Assembly: GCA_951406725.2 (NCBI GenBank)
Contig: OX597823.1
Span: 43,214,001-43,278,000 of the forward strand
Reading direction: 5' to 3'
DNA: 64,000 bases
Origin: Octopus vulgaris
Lineage: Eukaryota
The notes below the pieces were generated by a model. It had not been told where the DNA came from, made no database searches, and worked only from the letters and a program-made list of their open reading frames with translations. Shown here one piece after another: positions 27,796-40,905 of the stretch. A program made the position numbers and the translations under genes. The first letter of the stretch is position 1. Every line of letters begins with the position of its first letter.

Positions 27796-27961
27796 AATTA
27801 AGTCGTTACTGAGATAAAATGATAGGATGCATTAATATATCCAAACTAGGTCCTCTAACAGATGAAAGGAATTTCCAGTGATTTTGAATATACACCACCA
27901 TTAGATTATTATTTACATTATTTACATTTGACGGATATTCGTCCTCATCTTGTTTGTTGTT

Positions 27962-28007
27962 AACACAACGTTTCGCCTCATATACCCTCCAGCCTTCATC
28001 AGCTGTC
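27962..28007 (-). ncRNA. Minimal type I hammerhead ribozyme motif (stems partly mutated)
   Basis: GACAG CTGATGA AGGCTG gagggtatat GAGGC GAAAC GTT GTGTT; intact core, palindromic AACGTT stem III. Confidence 0.75.
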
Positions 28008-28084
28008 TTCAGGAAATTTCGAACCTGGATTCTCATTCCTTAGGTATTTTTCGATGTTATTATCATTATTATTATTATTATTAC

Positions 28085-28126
<42 letters not shown>

Positions 28127-28137
28127 AGTTACTGCTT

Positions 28138-28183
28138 GGAATCGAACTCGGAATCTTGGGGTTAGTAGCCCGCGCTCTTAACC
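28138..28183 (-). promoter_or_regulatory. 5'-truncated tRNA-like head with Pol III B box
   Basis: GGTTAAGAGCGCGGGCTACTAACCCCAAGATTCCGAGTTCGATTCC: D-arm end, 7-nt anticodon-like loop CTACTAA, B box GAGTTCGATTCC. Confidence 0.75.
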
Positions 28184-28241
28184 CCAAGATTCCGAGTCCA
28201 ATTACAGGCAGTGACCTGAATAATAATAATAATAATAATAA

Positions 28242-28318
<77 letters not shown>

Positions 28319-28371
28319 ACAACATCGAAAAATACCTTAGGAATGAGAACCCAGGTTCGAAATTTCCCCAA

Positions 28372-28417
28372 GACACCTGCTGAAGGCTGGAGAGTACATC
28401 AGCCGAAATATTGAGTT
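28372..28417 (+). ncRNA. Minimal type I hammerhead ribozyme motif (core substitution)
   Basis: GACAC CTGCTGA A GGCTG gagagtacat CAGCC GAAAT ATT GAGTT; perfect 5-bp stem II, palindromic AATATT stem III. Confidence 0.72.
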
Positions 28418-28674
28418 AACAACAAAGATGAGGAAAAATATCCGTCAGATATAAATAATGTACATAATTCTTCATCTCTTAAATATAGAACTGTATTACC
28501 ATTAGATTAGATGACGTTAAAAATGTGTAAAAGCATATGTAGGGGATCAAGTAATCGAATTGAAGTGTAGCTTATTTCGGCAGATAGCACATATCAGCGA
28601 ACAGTTTGCTCGCTAAAAAGATAAAGAAGTGCATCAGCTCTTGTTAGGTTCATTAGTCCTGGAGTACCAAGATT

Positions 28675-29120
28675 AATGATGCCAAACACCGACATCGAAA
28701 CTCCGGCTATCCCAGAATCTCATATCCGTTTTAAATACATATTCTTTCGGAAAGGCGAAGTTGCTATCCGGTGATGAAATACATCTGCGATTACTATATT
28801 CACGTTCGAAACTACCAGAACGTATGAAGAAATATGCAAATGATCGTCTCAGATCTCGCTGTTTATCGTGCTCATGACAATTTATTATTGGTTGGTAGAT
28901 ATCAGCATGGATCAGTGAACAACCTATTCGTTTAACCGTGTTATAGAAGTCAGGGGCAAAAGACTTTGCTTCTTGGTAGATTGAATAGTCAGGGGCACTG
29001 TGGGCTGACGAAACACAATGATATCGAAACACCGACTGGCCCCGAATCCCTTTTGCTAATGAATCGAATGTGATTATGAACGCACGCAAAGGAGAAACTT
29101 TCTCCTCTGACGGAACGTAA
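28675..29120 (+). mobile_element. Decayed Tc1-type transposase, N-terminal half
   Basis: NDRLRSR (DRPRSGR-like) and LWADETQ*YRNTDWPRIPFANES (WxxVLFxDES-like). Confidence 0.5.
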
Positions 29121-29309
29121 CAGCGATTAGCATAATCACGTTCAAATCTGTCGTAACGTATTAAGAAGGAATATGCATATCATTGTTGTTCATTTTTTTT
29201 TGTTTTTCCGTGTTATATGAAAAATACTAGAAGACATATGAATGAGCATGAACCTCAGTAATAAAGGTTATTGTATGTTTCATTGTTTGTTTGGTAGTGG
29301 GAGAGAGTG

Positions 29310-29347
<38 letters not shown>

Positions 29348-29542
29348 GTCGGTTAGAGGTTACAATGACAAATGACGGTACTGAAAGATTATGATGAGAG
29401 CATGTGACATGTGAATACGTGAGAGATGTTGAAAGAAGCAGTCCTATGCATGCCTATTGTCAGCTGAGATAACCTTTGCTGGATGCATGTTTGTCTCTCT
29501 CTCCTTCTGTCTCTCTCTCTTTCTCTCTCTCTCCTTCTGTCT

Positions 29543-29580
<38 letters not shown>

Positions 29581-30699
29581 ATATATATATGTATATATAT
29601 ATATGTGTGTGTGTGTGTATAGTTGCATGTATGTATACACACATATCTGTTCATATTTACATATATATGTGTATGCAAGTGTGTGTTTGTGGATGTGCAG
29701 GTGTATCGCTGCGTGCAGTTACATACATGTGTGTATACAAACACACACACACACACACACACATACACACATGCAGTTGATATACCCGTAGACCTAGGCA
29801 TACATATATACAATGCACACATACGTAAAAGCAGATATATACAAATATGTATGCTGGTAAATGAGTGTGTGTGCGTGTTAGTGTATGTGTGTTAGTGTGT
29901 GTGTGTGTGTGTGTAGGCACACACACACACACACACAACATATACGGTTACACATAAGTACTCTCTACTCATGTGTGAGCATTACTTTTTTTTATTTCTC
30001 ACAGTTAACCCATTGTCGCTGCTGATGAAGTGCTTGTTAAGATTAGGTTCTATGGGAATATTATGCTTTTTATGAATAAGGATTCGTTGATAAATCACAT
30101 TTGTTCGTCTGTTATTTCTTTTACTTAATTGGGGGCTTTCTTTCACGGATTCGTCTATCGAATGTTGCAACGTGCATGAATGCAAAGTTGGATTCTTGTC
30201 GCTAGATGGTTAAGCTTTTTTTTTGAGGAACTGTTTATTGTATATATACGCGCACACACTATATGTGTGTAGCGTGTGTGTTTGTGGGTGCACGTATGTT
30301 TGAGGGTGTTTGTGTGTGTGTGTGAGTGTTAGTGAATGTATGTATGTGTACGAGAGAGAGAAAGAAACAGTTAGAGAAAGACTGTGTGTAACAGTAGTTC
30401 TTCTTTCCGATATATTTTTAGCGTTTCATTTCCTTGAAAAAAATATTTGTTGATTGTCATGGTTAGTGTGGTGGCGGTCGTCGTGCTATTATAACGTTGA
30501 TGGTGTTTCTGTAGCGGTTGTTGTTATTTTTAGCCCTAGGTCAGCCTTATTCAAACATACTGATTATGACGGGTATTAGGTCAATTTCTATAAGTAAATT
30601 TTGCAGTAAGTTCTTACCTTTAAACTCTATGCGATATAGAAAGATTTATTTATGGGTTATACATGTGATACAAGAAAACTCTTTGGAACGATTTTTTTT

Positions 30700-31540
30700 A
30701 GATTATGAAAGTAGTGAAGGTCGTTTAGGCCAGGAGTGGTTAATTTCTGTAGATGAAAGTTTAAGGAGGGGCGAAGTTATCTGCGAAGGTGTGCATGGTA
30801 TATGGAGTGAGGAAGTGGCAGAAAGTAAGATATTAATGCAGAGATAGAATTTTGAGTGTGTGGACATGACAACTGAAACTTGGATAGATCATGCTTCCTA
30901 AATGTGAATTAGGAGAAATTTGTCGGCACATCCTGCATTCAGAAGTATCTTCTGATCTAGAGAAGTATAGAGGCCGATGGTTGACAAACATAACTAGGTC
31001 TTCATGGTGGAATTCTTTGTTGGAGTGTGACAGTACTATATTCGTCAACGTCAAAGAACTCAAACCATTGAGGAGTGCAAATAAGAGAGAAGCTGAAGTT
31101 GGGTTTCAGTGGGAAAAGAGACTCATATCACACTATTGAAACGCTGAAAGTGAGAACTATATTTCGGTAATTAAGAACGAAAAAGACGTTTCTCCTCTTG
31201 AGTGGAATTCATCATGATGTCTGTCCAGAAACTGATTCATGGAAAGAAAGAAAAGGCTTACAAGAGTTTGGTGACGAAAATAGCTATACCTCCAAAACTC
31301 ATTGCTTGAAAGTGATGAGAAAGACAGCTCATGAGTTTGAGGTGACTGGCAGAGTTAGTGAGATTAGGAGTATACAGCGTGGCTGATTGTAAGCGTAGGC
31401 GTGTTGAGTGCATGCAATGTGTAGTTTGGTGCGAAACGCCAGGGAATATGATGGATATTTCAGATGACAGGTTAGCTTATTCAGGAGATGTTGCTCAAGC
31501 AAATCTTCAATTTCAGGAGAGAACTTCTCTTTATGTGACT
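30700..31540 (-). mobile_element. Decayed LINE apurinic-endonuclease region
   Basis: Reverse strand FGGIAIFV and SHLGS (LGxSDH-like); multiple frameshifts. Confidence 0.4.
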
Positions 31541-32135
31541 ACTGCAATATCGAAGGTAGGTTAATTGGTAAATTCTGTAAAAAAAATATTAGTGCTTATA
31601 AAGGTACTTAGTACACACAGAAGGTGATATGCAGCCGGGAGAGACATGAGACCAATTCTTGCTATCATTTTTGGCCCTATTGCTTCAACACAGCTGCAAC
31701 TACCCTTGTGTTTGGAAGATCTCAGTGAACTGATTTTTAATATTTTTCAGACAGCGAAACAAGTTGGCTGACAAAGATAGTTTGCCTAAATACGTGGTAG
31801 GTATGAGGAACTAGCTATTTTTAAGGACGGTTCAAATTTTTAGTTTTGTAGGAAATTGTGAGATGTGTTTTGTTGATTAGCTAATAATACGAGATCAACG
31901 GGTTTTCTCAGACACCTTCACGAGTGTTATGTGACTAATATGATCGATAAATTGCTCCGTTTTTAGATATCTTTATATAATTAGCTATCACTATGCTATT
32001 GGGTGTCTTACAATGAGCAGAACACAAAAGAAGAGACATACTTTTGTTTTATACCGCTGAATAGATTGTATACAGATTATAAGTGCATATCTGTATGAAT
32101 ATGAAACCAAACTGCAAATGTGATTATATATACAT

Positions 32136-32230
<95 letters not shown>

Positions 32231-32305
32231 AGAAATATTAAAATTACTAAGTCTCTCTAAAAGAGATTACGGCAGCGTTACTGGAAATTAATATGGCGAT
32301 AACAA

Positions 32306-32337
<32 letters not shown>

Positions 32338-32649
32338 CGCACGCACACACAAGTTTAGATGTGCACACATACACACACAGAAACGTTAATATATATTTTG
32401 TCTTCAAAAGTTATATAGTGTTGACAGAGTGTAAATTTTCAAATGCACGCATATGCAGCCATACAGAATATGTGATATATACACATATATTATAGGTGCA
32501 TACAAAAAGAGACACAAGCACATAAAATTCATATACGCACGAACACATACACACACGTACGTGAACATTCGCACATTCTATTCGTTTTCTTTGCAAACCA
32601 TTACCGTGAAATGCAAAACCATATTATATGTTTGTGTGTATGTCTGTAT

Positions 32650-32820
32650 GTATGAATTTGTGTGTTTATATGAAAATATACATGTATACAAGCATATATA
32701 AATATATGTAAAATACAAAGACGTGTTTACTTATACATGTATTTATATATATATATAAGTGATTATACATATACATGCACATATATGTGTGCGTGTTTTT
32801 ATATATGTACATATGCATAC

Positions 32821-32860
<40 letters not shown>

Positions 32861-32951
32861 GCACAAACACACACACATATATATATGTATATAAATATAT
32901 ATATATACATATATATATACATATATATATATACATATATATATACATATA

Positions 32952-33017
<66 letters not shown>

Positions 33018-33558
33018 CTAATAAATTGGTGCTTGAAAACGTACTACCAAGTACCCAGAAACGCGCACACACACATACACGCACACAAAGATTCAACTAC
33101 TTCTTTATAAGCTCGTCTGTATGCGCATCTTTATGCTAGTGTATATGTCTTTTCGTAGTTGTATGAATTTGTATTTCCACTTATTCATGCAGTACAGCGA
33201 ATAAAATATACAAGAAGAAAGACGAATTGTTTCACACGAACACCCAGCAGCTGTTACAAATCAAATAAGTGCACCAGACGAGCAAGCGCACTCGCTTATT
33301 TAAAGAAACTAACAGCCAGTGCACTTAGCAGCAGAAGTCCATACAATGAGTACTGTCATTTTAAGCAGAGCTTCGCTATATCCGTTAAATTTGTACATGC
33401 AAATATACATACGTACATACATACATACATACATATATACCCAAGTACATACATACAGACACAGACACACCTATATATATATATATATATATATTATACA
33501 TATATTTATATATATATCATACATATATTTATATATATTTACACCCCCCACACACACG

Positions 33559-33602
<44 letters not shown>

Positions 33603-34110
33603 CACATCATATACATGTGTGTGGGTGTGTGTTTGGGTTTGGGTGAGTCTACGTGTGTTTGTGTACGTAGTTGTGCATTCACCGTTTCGTTTACAAAATA
33701 TACATATAAACATCTGAGCGTGTGTATGTGCGTATATACATACATCTACAGATATACAAATATGTATATATATATGCACGGTCTAAGCTAGTTTTGTTGA
33801 CTATATGGGATATATATTTTCTTATATACATATATACCTATTACATATATTATGCATATATATGTGTGAGTGCGTGTATGTGAATATACACATACACACA
33901 TACACACACACATATATATATATATATATACATATAAACATGTATACACACACACATATATGTGTGTGTATACATACATATACATCTTTGTATATGTATG
34001 TATATGTATGTGATTATAATATGTATATATGCACACATATTTTCATAAATACATCTAGGTACATTACACACACGTGTGTGTGTGTGTTTGTGTGTGTACG
34101 TGAGCTTATG
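32650..34110. repeat. Extended compound TA/CA/GA low-complexity region
   Basis: Read directly; source of many spurious YI/HT/CV ORFs. Confidence 0.9.
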
Positions 34111-34464
34111 TAGTAAAGGAGGTATGCGTGTGGGAGCTTATGTGGTAAATAGTTTGTGTGTGTGAATGATTGTATGAAACGTCAGTTACAAACCAATACA
34201 ATAGATACGAAGCTAACCTGAAACACTGTATAATATATTCGCATACAAAACGGTTTCTAGAAACCAATATGGAATATGTGCAAAGTAGTTTTGTCTTGTT
34301 CATCTTATAGTAAAGTTTTGAGTTGAGAAAGAACTATTAATGTGGCAAGTAACAAATCTTTGCTAATTTATTGGTTGGGCCAACTAGGATAATAACAGTT
34401 CATAGTTATTGTCACATTTATCTAAGAGTCCTCATCTATCTATGTATGTATGTATGTATGAATG

Positions 34465-34519
<55 letters not shown>

Positions 34520-34524
34520 ATCTA

Positions 34525-34569
<45 letters not shown>

Positions 34570-34616
34570 CTGATGGTAATAAATTCCTTATGTACATACA
34601 TATGGCTATGTTTGTA

Positions 34617-34664
<48 letters not shown>

Positions 34665-34665
34665 C

Positions 34666-34705
<40 letters not shown>

Positions 34706-34834
34706 TAATAAAAAGAATTCCAACCTTGTCTGATTTTGTTTTATTTACAATCTTATAATGATATATTATAAGATAATATATTATAATTGAATAAAATAAA
34801 ATGAAATAGTAGAATGTTAAATATTCATTCTGAT

Positions 34835-34879
34835 TGAACTAGTACTTTCATGCATTGAATTCTGCAATCTTCGGGTTCA
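34835..34879 (-). ncRNA. Minimal type I hammerhead ribozyme motif in the PLE 3' region
   Basis: TGAAC CCGAAGA T TGCA gaattcaa TGCA T GAAAG TA CTA GTTCA: perfect 5-bp stem I, palindromic AGTACT stem III, core position U4 is C. Confidence 0.78.
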
Positions 34880-35373
34880 TGTAGTAGTGTTGACAGTCAT
34901 GCTTCACAATTTTTGACTGTAGCAAGATGAGTGATTCTGTGCTATAAATACAGCTGGGTAGGCTCCAGAGTGCTAGGTTTTGCAAACTGTATTCTGACCA
35001 ATCAGTGTGTAGTATCACTCAATTACTTAAGCTGATTGGTTGGTTGAGCTGATTGGTTTAGGCATCACGCTTTGTTGGACAGGTCAAGAGTCCTGTATCT
35101 TGACCCTGGCCGAAGCAGCAATTGTTGGGTTATTTTTAGAAATGTTGTAAATATCCTTTGTCAGAGATTTTTATATTTTTATATTTCAATTGTCATCATC
35201 ATCATTGTCAGCACCTTAATTATTGTTGCTAGTGGTGATGGTGGTGGCAATAGAACTTTTAACCCTAAATAAGATAATTTTCCTGCTATCTTCGTCTTGA
35301 TCACCTTTAGTATTGTTGTTGTTGTTAGTGGTCATGGTCGTAGCAGTGGAAGTAATACCTCTAAGTATTATTA

Positions 35374-36035
35374 TTATTGCTTATTTAGCTTGGGTTCGAA
35401 TTTATCAATAAAATTCTTTTCTCTGATTTTCCTCTCGATTTCACTTGGGCTGTGTAATTTGTAGAATGGAAATATTATATATATTTTCCGACCACATGTT
35501 GCTAGGTGGTTACTCAAAGGTATCTGACGGACCTCTGGGTCTCTAATCTGTTGCCGGTGTACACGTGAGCGTTCTAATAGTGCGTTTCCCGTCTGACCTA
35601 CATATATTTCTTCACAATTTGGGCATTTGATGCAGTAAATTAAATTTCTGCTTTTGCAGTTCATATTCGCGTTTGTGAATATTTTCCCGGTTTTTGTGTT
35701 TATATATTGACCGGTATGTATGAATTGGCATGTGCCACATCGGCTATCATTGCATTTAGATACCGTGAATGTTTGGTCTTTGTTGCTGAGGTCAAATTTT
35801 GCCTTTGTTAGTAATGTTTTCAAGTTTTTAGGCTGTCTTTTACTAAGCACCATAGCTCGATCCTTGATTATGTCTTTTAATTCATTACTTTGGGCAATGA
35901 TTGGTAGGTTTGCTTTGGCAATGTTGAAGATATTCTGGTGACATGGGTTGTGTGTCACTATGAATGGTATGACTTGTTCTTGTTTTCCTCTTCCTTGGGT
36001 TGTCCTAAGTTGTTGTATAGGTATTTTTATAGCCC
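35374..36035 (-). pseudogene. Open C-terminal ~220 codons of a PLE polyprotein (linker plus GIY-YIG endonuclease)
   Basis: IPFIVTHNP, CNDSRCGTC, NCKSRNLIYCIKCPNCEEIYVGQTGNALLERSRVH, REKNFIDKFEPKLN; RT domain absent. Confidence 0.93.
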
Positions 36036-36116
36036 GCTGTGAAAATAAAACGTGAAAATCAGACAAGGTTGGAATTCTTTTTATTAATATATTCTTCTAT
36101 ACACAATCACACACAC

Positions 36117-36159
<43 letters not shown>

Positions 36160-36569
36160 AACGCACATGCACACATGTGTGTGTGCGTGTATGTGAATAT
36201 ATGCATGTTTGTATATTTATAATTAGTGCAGAATAAGATTTATATCAATATCATTCAGTCAATGAATTTCATTGCTACGATTCACTCCGAAAGACACATT
36301 CATAATACACGCACCCAAATGCAACGATACAGAAACACTAATAGATGCACACAGAAATATTCATACACACATATACACAGTCACAGGCGCGAGGGAGCAC
36401 ACACACACGCATGCACCCATAAACGTGCACGCATAAACACGTATGCGGAAACACATAATATAATTAACATTTTTATATAGGTTTGTGTGTGTTACTTAAA
36501 ACAAAAGATTTCAATTAAGCAATATAACACCACAACAAAGTAAACATGAACAGTTCAAAGCTAAATCGA

Positions 36570-37065
36570 TGTTGCTGTCCTTGTTGAGAGCAGTTTGGAA
36601 GCAGACACCAAGATTAGGAAAGCACAAGCATAGACACCCTGTCACAAACCAAAGAAGCTCTGGAATTCCAATTTGTTCATGAGAATAAAAATCAAGCTGT
36701 TCATTGTGCCTGACGAATCATTGTTATATATAGCAGTAAAATATAGACACTGACAATGAAATTATCAAACAGGCTAGATGCCTGTTGCACTAGGTTGCTA
36801 CGAATGCTCCTAAATGTGAAATGGCGACTACGTACGACAAACGGATGCTTTTATGCAGACCTGTCGATAGTTAACGAGAAAATCAGAGAAAGACGGCTGC
36901 GATTAATCTGGTCACTACGTGTCTCTTCCTGAACTGGAAGCATCCAAATTTGTCTTGTGGAACCCTCTTCTGGACGATGTACGAAAAGGAAATCGTCGTC
37001 ACACTGACATAGACAATTTGATCGCAGACACTGGCCTGGAATGTATGTAGATTAGAATCCAGCCA
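36570..37065 (+). mobile_element. RTE-clade LINE, decayed 3' ORF fragment
   Basis: KIRKAQA, KKLWNSNL..IKIKLF, TLT..LSNRLDACCTRLLRMLLNVKW, EKIRERRLRL, SKFVLW, IDNLIADTGLE. Confidence 0.82.
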
Positions 37066-37682
37066 TAATAACAAAAAAAGCACTATTCCCTTATATCAGT
37101 CCTGATATGGGGGAATAGTACTTGTGAGGCAGAGTCTCACAATAACCGACTTGAAATCTCACAAACAACCTAAAGCCCTATAATTTTTTCCAGTTATACA
37201 TGTATGAACAAAAAGGAGATGAGTTGACAAAAGGGGGTGAGTTGACAAAAGCTGATCGGACAAAATGCTTAGCGGAATTTCTTCCGGTTCTCTACGTTCT
37301 AATTTCAGTTCCTCCCGAAGTTAACTTTGCCTTTTATCCCTTCGAGATCTGTAAAATAAGATATCATTCAAGCAATAAATATTATCCCTCCTCTCAAAAT
37401 TGCCGACCTTGAACCCTGCAACTAACCGTTATACTGTTCAGGGAAATGTAATTTCGATCACTTGTACGCTATGGAAACCGTGTAACCGGTCTTATGAGTC
37501 CTAAAAAAAAAAAACAGTGGGAATGAATGGAGACGAGGAAACGAAGACAGAACGATACACAGACATGTGCAAATAAACACGTACAAACTTGAATGCTTTC
37601 ACACTCACAATGACATAGAGAAACACACATAAACAATTATTTGTAATATCTGCAGTACCATTTCACCCATTATTAGCGTTTA

Positions 37683-38342
37683 AAGACACGGACGGTGTTG
37701 GTATCAAGTGCAAAGTTCTTCTTCCTGCAGTCACTTATCCAAAGGGCTAATGCAGACTCCATGCTTACGATGGCCTTATTGCAGTAAGTTACCACCCTTT
37801 TCGCTATCTTGTAAAAAGTCACTTTTGCCGTCGCTCTTATATTTATTCGTCCTTGATGATGTAGCGAACGGTAGATTCATTGATGCCGTAGTGGCGACCT
37901 ACGTCCGTATACCTTCTCTCTTCCTTAAACAAGTCGAAGAGTTTCACCTTCTCTGTTATAGCAAGCACCTCCTCTGGCGTTTGGGTTTACGGCCAGATGT
38001 TTTAGAAGCTACACCGTAGGGCATGAAATAAATTCACAATTTTACGCACAAATGCAAAACAACACCACTCACTCGCCTCCCGAAGTTTGTTTTCCATACA
38101 CTATGTGTGATTCTTTGTTTATTTACCTACGGTACAGTATGTATTATACAATGCAGTATTTTCATTAAATATTAGGCGTGAAAAATGCTCACTTTACCAC
38201 GAAAAAATTTACATACCTATCGGCCGCAGAAAACTGCGATATACGGACGAGTCTACGATTTAAATTTACATATATTAGTCAGAAAAATACGAGATGTACT
38301 GAGGGCACGATAGGTCAAGCGCGATATAATGAGTGATTACTG
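37683..38342 (-). mobile_element. Tigger/pogo transposon 5' fragment
   Basis: TA|cagtaatcactcattatatcgcg TIR-like end. CENP-B-type HTH: KPKRQRR..ITEKVKLFD..VGRHYGINESTVRYIIKDE..MESALALWISDCRKKN. Confidence 0.88.
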
Positions 38343-39899
38343 TATGTATATATACATACATATATATATATATATTGGCTTAATCACGGCATATATTCGG
38401 AGAATATCGAAATGTCAAAAACACAAATATGTTTAGTTTATCTGTACAATTCTTAACGAAGTTTTTACAGTGAAATGAACGTAAAAATCAGAGTTGTAAT
38501 TAACTTAAGGAAATGAGCTACTTTTTGCAATTATAGGACTAAATATTTGCAATTATCAAGATACAAATTACTTTAGCGAGGAATAATTATTTCTTGTTAT
38601 AATTGTATAATTGCGTGTATTAAATCGCATATACGAACACATTCAAATACACGCACACTCTCACGCACGAACACAAGCTCACACACAAACAAATATAGCA
38701 TAGTGTGCAAACATTGGGTGAAAATCCCTTTGGGTAAATATATATGATGTGTGCTTGTATATGTGTATGTATATATATATGAGTGCGCGTAAGATATATA
38801 TATATATATATACGTATATATACATACATATGTGTGTGTATACACATATTCATATAGGTACATACATACATACATGTATGTGAGTATGTATGTGTATTCA
38901 CAGACACCTTGCATAAATATCGTCTTTTTAAGTGCACGCACCCTCACCAAATATAGTAAATGTTCTTGACAGTGACTTTCTTATTGTTTCGTGATAACAT
39001 CTCAATGTAAATTGTTTACACTATATATTTATAAATAATGTTTAACTCAGCTTGAGAGTTTCTTATTTATTGTGAAAATAGCTTAAAGTTTATATGTTTA
39101 TAAACACGATAAAGTAGTATGATCAGCACTGTAGTAGACCTTCCTGTGAACGATAACAAAGGAAACTCCCGCAGGAAACGTCGAATCAGATGACGGTGTG
39201 CTGATAGTAAATAACTCTGAGTAGAGACGAAAGGAATTATGAATTTGTGTGGGGGAGGAGGGGTAAACATGTATATATACTGTTTAGTGGAAACATAATC
39301 TATATTTTTCTGTATTCTTTTCAATCTTTAGACTGTTAGGATACATGATACAAAATATCGTTTACATAAACTACATATTTTCACTGTAAATAAATCAAAC
39401 AAAGCATAAGTAATATGTTAATAAGTATTCAACGGAGCCTGTGATCATATATTCATACATACGTATTTGTATATTTGGTTGTCAACATTTACGCATATAC
39501 ACATTATGTATGTGTGTGTGTGTATGTATGTATGTATATATGTTTATCTGGATAGAATTATTGTTGTGTTATTTTCGATTTATTTCTAAACTTTGTAAGA
39601 AGTGCTTGTATATTTAACGATTTTGTAATTAATATTGTTTACCGTAATTGTTATACTGAGACAAAAGAACATTTTAAAGATTATGAAAGGTATCGCTGTA
39701 ACTGATAAAAAGTATTGCAACAACTTCTGTTGACTCTAAAGTTAAAATGATGTGGTGTAGGACCCAAATTATAATGCTTTCATTTTAAATTCCCGGCGAT
39801 CATTTAGGAAGCAAAGATTTTGTAAGATTTTAACAAACTGAAAAAAAAAGACAAAAAAGATTTACTGACTAATTTAATGAAAGTTTTCCTTCCCACAGT

Positions 39900-40198
39900 A
39901 GATGGCGTTGACATTCCTTATCGGCTACTGGAACCTTGGATAATCGTCACTGATTTTGAATTTTCGGACTCATCCGGCCAGTTACCCGATTTCCATGGTA
40001 TATAAGTGGCTGAGATCATGATATAGTCTGCGAACAGAGAACCAGTTACTCATTAAGCAGCTGAGTGGACGAGAGAAACATGAAATGAAGTGGACTGGAG
40101 CAAAGTGAGGCAAAAGAACGCAGCGCACAAGCCCAGGACTCGGGACCCGACCATACGATCGTAAGTACAACGCCCTGACCACTTGCCCTTGTGCCTTC
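39900..40198 (-). mobile_element. tRNA-derived SINE (63387 family)
   Basis: Reverse: aaggcacaagggcaagtggtcagggcgttgtacttacgatc..cgggtcccgagtcctggg. Confidence 0.7.
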
Positions 40199-40659
40199 AA
40201 GTTAGACGTTCAATCAGAATACATTTAATTATCTAATTAACTTACAATGTATCATTGATAACGTTCAGTTGCAACTCCACCGTTGTGTTATATGTTAACG
40301 CAGACCTTCACTCGATTACGTCGACACATTTCATTTCCTTACAAGGATGTCTGTTATCATGCACCTGTTTTCAAATACTTTTATAATTATCAGTGGCTTG
40401 CTATCTCCATTAAGCCTTAATAACACTCGTTATGTATCCCCTTTCTCTGTGTATTTTCCGGTAAATGCAACAAAATACATAGAAGTGCGAAAATTGAAAT
40501 ACTTAAAATATTTGTAAGGTATAGATGGATTATTGAATCAATGGAAGGAAATTGTCTCCGACAGAACATAGGAACCTCATCGCAGAAAACTCACTATCGC
40601 ATAACGTTGATATCCATGAGTTTAGATAATTTTGCATACAGTAAGTCTAGCGGAGACGT

Positions 40660-40905
40660 CTTGACTAATTGTTAGAAAGCTGCACTCATGACAGTAAGAT
40701 CGTAGTTTCGCTTCCCGGATCAGATAGTGTGTTGTTGTGTTTCTTGAGCAAAACTCTTCACTTCACTTTTCTCTAGTCCAGTCAGCTGTAAATGAGCAAA
40801 CCTGCAACAGGAATGTTCTCTTATTCGAGAGAAATGTGATCTTGCTCATTTGTACCCCCATCGAAATCGGGAGACCGCCCTATGATTCTTAGGACTCGAG
40901 ACACG
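40660..40905 (+). mobile_element. tRNA-derived SINE (63387 family)
   Basis: gcactcatgacagtaagatcgtagtttcgcttcccgg..tgtttcttgagcaaaactcttcac. Confidence 0.7.

Larger units (their letters stand above)
27909..28497. mobile_element. Fold-back insertion of a tRNA-headed, hammerhead-containing non-autonomous retroelement
   Basis: Arms ~27909-28183 (-) and ~28179-28470 (+) are reverse complements. The 12-bp direct repeat ACCATTAGATTA lies at 27897-27908 and 28498-28509. Confidence 0.85.
34701..36091 (-). mobile_element. 5'-truncated Penelope-like element with inverted termini
   Basis: GIY-YIG ORF, hammerhead in the 3' region, and a perfect 37-bp inverted repeat at 34701-34737 / 36055-36091. Confidence 0.92.

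Noticed and set aside
28138-28183. tRNA gene with an ACT anticodon
   Set aside because: It lacks the acceptor stem and 5' end and is part of a repeat head.
29022-29045. CTGACGA...GAAAC motif near 29005-29030
   Set aside because: No stem II pairing, and it lies inside the Tc1 remnant.
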